NCBI GenBank assembly: GCA_900088475.1
Contig: FLMG01002640.1
Coordinates: forward strand, 1-41,695
Direction: 5' to 3'
DNA length: 41,695 nucleotides
Source of the DNA: Hyphochytrium catenoides
Taxonomy: Eukaryota > Protista > Hyphochytriomycota
Position 1 is the first letter of the stretch. Each line of letters opens with the position of its first letter. The notes under the pieces were generated by a model. That model was not told the DNA's origin. It searched no databases and saw only the letters and a program-made list of their open reading frames with translations. Shown piece after piece: positions 36,001 to 41,695 of the stretch. The position numbers and the translations under genes were made by a program.

Positions 36001-37735
36001 CTCTCTCTTTCTTTCTCTCTCTCTCTTTCTCTCGCCTGTTCTCTGTCTCTCCTGTGCTCTGTTTCTCCTTTATTCAATCTTTCGCTCTCTACAAATGATA
36101 GTCAAGTTATTCTTGAGCGCTGGAATGTTCTTCTAGACCTCTATAATCCTCCTTCTTCTTCCTCTCTTTTCTCTGAGTTGGGTTTGATCCCGTATAATAG
36201 CTCTGTTTCTCTCGGGCTGGTTTCGTCACCCGACTACCGCCTCATTCTCCGCTTTGAAGCCATTTTTGCGGCTTAGCCTCTTCATCTCTCCTTCTTAACT
36301 GCCTACTATCCCAATTCTTCTAGTGTCCTAGCACTCTCTTTCCTTTTCTCTCGTTCACCTCTAGCTTTACTCCGTCATCTCTCGCTTGCTCTATCTGTCT
36401 TTGTGTGTCTTTCTCCTTTCTGGTTCTGTCCGGCTCTGCTTTCGCTTTTCTGTCTACTGGCAGTCGTATGCTCTTTTCTTCAGCCAGTAGCTTCCTATCA
36501 CTGACTTTCTCCTTCTGCCAGTATCATAACACTCCGCTGCACAGCGCAGCCATGGCAGGAAAAAGTGATACCGTGCAGCTGCTCCTCGACCACGGAGCCA
36601 ACGTTAACGCAAGGAATGCGGTGAGGAATGAGAATAATTATAACCCTTTTCCAATACGAGTGCTTCCCCTACACTACTCTCGTCAAAGCTTCCTCTATCT
36701 TCTTTTGCTTCTCTTTCATCCTGCAGCTTGCCACAACCGCCATCTTCATGCCAGTAGTCTGCATCTGGACTATGGGCTACTGTTGACAACCTCTGTTGTC
36801 TCTTTTCTCCTCTCTACTTTATCGATCCATCTATGATCTGGCACGCTTCTTCCGTCTCTTTCTTCCTTTATTTGATCCTGTCCCCATAACGTGGTTGCGT
36901 TGGGCAGCATGTAGACCCTCGTCAAGCTTCTTTCTTCTGTACGTATCTTGTCGAATAGTCAAACATTGTACCGGTCCTTACGCCTGTGGGACTGCTGACG
37001 CTGCCCCTCGCGCCTAACCTCTCTCCCTGAGATGCTTGCTTTACTAATAGCCTGCTCCCTCGCGCCTTTACCGCTTTCACCTCCATCCCTCTGCAGAGAG
37101 GCTCAACCCCTCTGCACTTCGCTCAATACAGCGACACAGAAAACCCGGAGTTAACAATAGCCTTGCTGGCCAAGGGAGCGCTTATTGATGAGCCAGACAA
37201 GGTAAAGCTACAGGGCCCGAGGTCCTAAGACCTCTTAGGACATGAAGGAGAAGCGCGATTTTGAGGGTGGCACGAATAGGAAGGAAGATTGTGAGAGGAA
37301 GAGACACCTCCAAAGACATCTTCTCGATTCTGATGGTATTATATCTCTCAGGATGGCATCACTCCACTCGCGGTGGCCTGCACAAAGGGTCATCTGGGGG
37401 TGGCCAAGGTCCTTATCAAGAATGGCGCAAACCTGCACTATGCTGACCAGGTCCGCCTGCCCCTTGTGTCCTCTTTGTTCTGTAGTTGTTCCTTTTAGGC
37501 CGCTGTGCTTTGTAGTACACAGACTCACCTCCTATTGTTGACACTGCGCTGTCGGCTTCCATATTCTCATTCTTTCTTGTGCTCTCTCTCACTTACTTTC
37601 TCTCTCTCTTGCACAAACACACACAAACTCTCTCGTTTACGCACCGTCCTGCAGTTGGGCCGAAAGCCCATTGACCATGCCTCCGAACGCGGACACCAGG
37701 AGCTTGTGGAGGTTATCAAGAAGATGGGAGCATAA
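34923..37735 (+). CDS. Ankyrin-repeat protein, 7 exons (about 6-7 repeats)
   Basis: Exons begin DGATPLHIAC, NLNTPLHIAS, YHNTPLHSAA, RGSTPLHFA, DGITPLAVAC and LGRKPIDHAS. All introns are phase-0 GT-AG; stop TAA at 37733-37735. Confidence 0.93.
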
Positions 37736-37833
37736 TGGACAAAGACAGAGAGGAAAGAGAGCGCGAGATCAAGGCGGGGCCCTATATTCTTTCCTCGGAT
37801 AGCAAAGAGCTTGCGCCTAAACGTACAATCTTA

Positions 37834-40473
37834 TCAGTCATTGCTTAGAACGCTCGGCTTTATCTGTATCTCCAACTCCGGGGGCAGTTGATACCCTTTC
37901 TCCTTAGCAGCGAGTTGTTCCTTTCCTCCGTGATCTCTCTCCTCCCCTGCGTTGTTATTACCAGGGAGAGGAGGCCATCTGGGCAGTCCCTTCGAGGACA
38001 CACGGGATTGTTTTGGTATCGAGTGCGGGAGATTGATGGAACAAGAAAGACCAGCGGCCAACGGTTGTCGACTTCCTTCCACACTGATGTCCTCATGTTC
38101 ATTCTGAATCATACTCTGTCTGTCTGCTTCACCTTTTGCGTCCATATCTGTCCTTCTCAGTACCCTCATCCCGTCGGGGGGATGCAAGGCAGAGGATGAC
38201 AGGAGGGCTCGAGAACTTCTTCTAGTCGTTCTAGCCCTGGGTAGCTGGATATGGGGTGAAACAAGAAGACAAAGGGAACCCCGTCGCCCTTTTGGTCGTC
38301 AGTGGCAAATTGCTCTTCATTGTCTGCTGGGGTCAGCTTGTCCGCTACTTTTTCTTCGCTCTCTGGCCTCTCTTCTGGCTCCTTCGCTCCCTCGGCATTA
38401 TCCTGTGGCGTAGAAGGCGGGGGAATTTCTTGCGAAAGAGAGGGAGAAACCGCGCTATTTTCAACATGAGAAGAGGGAGGAGGGCGAGCATGAGAGGCAA
38501 CACGAGAAAGTCCACGAGGAAGCAGCGGCTTCTTCTTTGGTGAGGGCACTGGCACGCGCGTGATGGGAACAGGAGGGGGAGGAGGGGAGGCGGAGACGGC
38601 AGGGCTTGTCCTTTCTTGGGATGCTGTCGCTTCGACAAGAGAAGCATCAGGGAAAGAGGACGAAAGGTTCCAGGGCTCTTCCAACATCTGAAGATGCTCT
38701 TCCAACATCTGAAGATGCGTAAGGTTGAACTGCACTTTCATCTCTTCAAAGAGCTGATGAATGAGAAAAACCGTTCATTTGAATGAGAAAAACCGTCCAT
38801 TAGGTCTCATGACAATAAGGAAAAGGAAACGCAAGGCTACCCTTGTGGCCACAGGAGAGAAAGGGAAAGGAGGGGCGACCACATGGAAGAGAGAGACGGA
38901 ACACGTAGTAGAGAGTGGCGGCCTTGAGTGAGGAAGGTAGTTGGATTGTTTAGTCTGCTGAGGTGAAGGAGGAAGGGCCGCTTAACTTAGAAGGACCTTT
39001 TACCTCAGTCTGCTTTTCCTTCTGCGCCGTCGGTGCTAGGTGGCTTCCTTGCAGCGATACGTTAACCGCGGAGTGCCCTCGTGAGAAGAAGTTAGCTTGT
39101 GCGGATCGGACCTAGACACAAAGAGGACTTTAGAGTAGGAGAAGTATATCTGTAGGCTGTGAAAATTGGCCTTGGTTCTTTCTAAAGGTATATACATATA
39201 TAAGATCTAGCATGAGATAGAGTCAGAGATTTTCAGCTGACTCTCCATCCCTTTCAATCTCTGACTCTATGTTCTTCCCAGACCATCATAGACCAAACCC
39301 TAGCCTTTTCCCGAGGCTGGCCTCCTGTCTATTGTTTGATTGCTCTCTCGTGCCCACAGCTCTCATTTACCCTTCCCCAACCTTACAATCTCAAGCTCCG
39401 GCGAGAGGAAAGTAGCTCTCTGTGCCTCATACTCAGCGAAGACGTGCAGCAGTTCGTAAGTTGCGACAAGGTACTTCTCTCTGCAGGCCTGCAACTTCTC
39501 CTCCTTTCACAGCGTCAATATTGACATGAAGAGTAGTAGGAAGAAAGAGAAAGAGAGAGAAAGGGGTAAGCCGCCCCCAGTCACTTTTCTCCGTGGTATA
39601 TAGGGCTCTATGGAGAAGAAAGCCCAGTCACAGAGGACGACAAGTGAAAGGAGACTTTGACCAAAAGAAGAAAGAAGAGGCCATACCTTCCTCCTTCTCT
39701 TCTCTGGTGACAAACTCTTAAGAGAGTGAAATTTACGGACTCTCTCTTTGAACTTTTGTCTCAGCTCCGTTCTCCTTTCTAGCTGAGGATGCACGCGTTC
39801 CATGGCAAGGTACTTCCGTCTCAGCGATTCGATGGCGCCACGTATAGCTTCCTCCTATAAATAGTAGAGGAAGAAGAAGAGACAAAAGAGAGAGAGAGAG
39901 AGTTAGAACCCACCGCCCAAAGAAGAATATGGCACAAAGTGCGAGAGAAGGAGGGCGGATAGACAAGGAGCATATCTTCACATTATTGGTGCAGACTAGC
40001 GAGAAAGAGAGGAAGCAAGAAGTAAAAGCGGGAGAGGTCATGTTATATGTCTCCAGGGACAGGGAAAGCAGGGCAAGAGAGAAATGCCTGATGAGAGAGA
40101 GCGCTTTTTAGCGATCTGAGCGTCAAGAAGGAGGATGTCGGGAGGGATAGGCAGGTTGTTATGCAGAAGATGCATAGCTTACTCCAGTCCTGAACGAGTG
40201 CGTCGTATCTTCTTCTCTCTCTATCTTAAGCATGCCCTCCGCCATCCTCTCTCCATCGCTTTCCCTCCTGCCCACACTCTTTCTATCCACCTGGCTAAGA
40301 AGCTCTCCTCCTAATGCACCGCAGACACGACGGAAAGCGGCGGCCGCGGTTCTGTAGTCCTCAAGGAGAGAGAGGAGTCTCTTGATGTGCAAGGAAAGGG
40401 AGTTGAAGCGCTCACATAAGGAGAAGAAGAAAGCATCATCGTCATGGAAATGGTTTAGCGTCTCCGTCTTCAT
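37834..40473 (-). CDS. Putative BAR-domain (amphiphysin/endophilin-like) coiled-coil protein with Pro-rich disordered tail
   Basis: Exons 'DDDAFFFSLCERFNSLSLHIKRLLSLLEDYRTA', 'EEAIRGAIESLRRKYLAMERVHPQLERRTELRQKF', 'EEKLQACREKYLVATYELL...RATFLSPELEI' and 'VRSAQANFFSRG' follow the three-helix BAR pattern. Both ends are uncertain (stop at 38166 or 37834; possible upstream exon near 40700-40813). Confidence 0.6.
38675..38801. repeat. Two adjacent micro-duplications (21 bp exonic, 22 bp intronic)
   Basis: gctcttccaacatctgaagat x2 (encodes HLQMLEE twice) and gaatgagaaaaaccgt(t/c)catt x2. Confidence 0.9.
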
Positions 40474-41036
40474 GATTTTCAGGAGCCAGACAGAGTGCCA
40501 CCACCAGCAGGCAAACAAGAGACCGCTAGAGCATTCGAAGACACCGGCCGGGGAGACACGGGAAGAGAGAGAGGGATAAAAGGGGCGCGCACGAGAGAGA
40601 AGCTACAGACCACTCTCCGCTGCGATGAGGGTTAAGTCAGATTTGGGGCCGGTAGAGGAAGAAGGGGAGGAGGAGAAGGAGGAAGCACTAATATGACTAA
40701 CCAGGTGTATTTGCAGCAGGGAAGAAGGAGAAGATGGAAGGTTGTGTCACGGCCCGACGATGCCGCGGGAGACGTGAGGAGGAAAGCGATGTACACTTTA
40801 CCTTGCGCATCATGGAAGGCGACGAGCGACGTGGACAGAAGAGAAGAGCGAGGAAGAAAGGAGAGGAGAGGAGAGAGAGACAAGGGAGAAGAGGGACATA
40901 GAGGACGCACGCAGCAGGGGAGAAGAAAGAGAGGAAAAAGGTAGCAAAGTGGGAGAGAGAGCGAGAGAAGAGAGAGAGAGCAGAGCAACGGTAGCAGAAC
41001 GAGAGGAAGCGGAGAGGAGGCGGCCAAGAAGGGAAA

Positions 41037-41355
41037 AGAGAGAGAGACAGAGAGAGAGACAGAGAGGAGAGAGAGGGAGACAGAGAGAGAGAGAGAGAGA
41101 GAGAGTGAGAGAGAGAGAGACAGAGAGAGAGAGAGTGAGAGAGAGAGAGAGTCCCAGGCCCCAAAGCCCCTCTGCCCTTCCTAATGAGCGTTTCCAACAT
41201 GCCTTTTCCCTCAGAATAGATCAGATTGATAGGAACTGGTCACTGATCTTTTATCGGTAACTAGGGAAACAAAGTAACGGCTTTACTAGTGGCAGGATCG
41301 ACTGTTAGCGGCTATGATACAGATTCTTGGCTGCCAGTCTTCTTCACTTCTCTCA

Positions 41356-41387
<32 letters not shown>

Positions 41388-41465
41388 GTCTCTCTCTCTC
41401 TCTGTCTCTCTCGTTGTCTTGCTCGCTCCGCTCCCTCTTTCTCTCTCTCTTTTTCTTTTCTCTCA
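41037..41465. repeat. Opposed (GA)n and (CT)n tracts flanking a non-repetitive core
   Basis: GA tract at about 41037-41151, unique sequence at about 41152-41340, CT tract at about 41349-41465. Confidence 0.9.
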
Positions 41466-41695
41466 GAAACAGCCCCCCTCCTTCCTCTGCGCGGGCTGCT
41501 CTCTGCTCCCCTCATCTGATTCTTGGACCTATGGGCGTGATGAACACCCTCTCAATCTGTCCCTTTCTCTCCTGAGAGCTTGCCTCTCTGTGTATGGCTC
41601 GTAGTCGTCATCAGCTGTATGCGGATGAAGGCGGCTCTTCTGCATCTGGTAGGATGAGCGTACTTGGAAGAGAGGCAGTACTGAGCGCCACGGGA

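Noticed and set aside
30141-41604. Many ORFs rich in SLSL/RERE repeats
   Set aside because: These are translations of CT/GA microsatellites in introns and UTRs.
1-41695. Stop-codon reassignment or alternative genetic code, suggested by the short broken ORFs
   Set aside because: Conserved domains rebuild without in-frame stops once GT-AG introns are removed, and TAG and TAA act as true terminators in the confidently modelled genes.

Overview
Gene-dense, intron-rich eukaryotic nuclear DNA. An ochrophyte/stramenopile host is inferred from the style of the CCT and NTF2-like domains; this is not proven. The ORF track fragments almost every gene, so I rebuilt the models by hand using GT-AG splicing with phase checks under the standard genetic code. 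Left to right: (1) intronless YccF/DUF307 membrane protein (-); (2) a possible small, highly basic Cys-motif protein (+, weak); (3) an uncharacterised secreted Cys-rich protein (+); (4) a ~6.1 kb gene joining N-terminal hydrophobic helices, an AGC Ser/Thr kinase and two tandem SnoaL/NTF2-like domains (-); (5) dimethylarginine dimethylaminohydrolase (+); (6) choline/ethanolaminephosphotransferase (+); (7) a CCT-domain protein with a C-terminal extension (-); (8) a divergent meiotic HOP1/ASY1-type HORMAD with winged helix and closure motif (+); (9) retinoblastoma-related protein (-); (10) a PTEN-like pseudophosphatase (-); (11) an ankyrin-repeat protein (+); (12) a BAR-like protein (-). The best candidate for something new is the membrane-kinase-2xSnoaL fusion, a possible one-chain small-molecule sensor kinase. 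Next are the hidden HORMAD beside RBR with E2F-like motifs, and the catalytically dead PTEN. The right third of the window is heavily loaded with CT/GA microsatellites. There are two N gaps.
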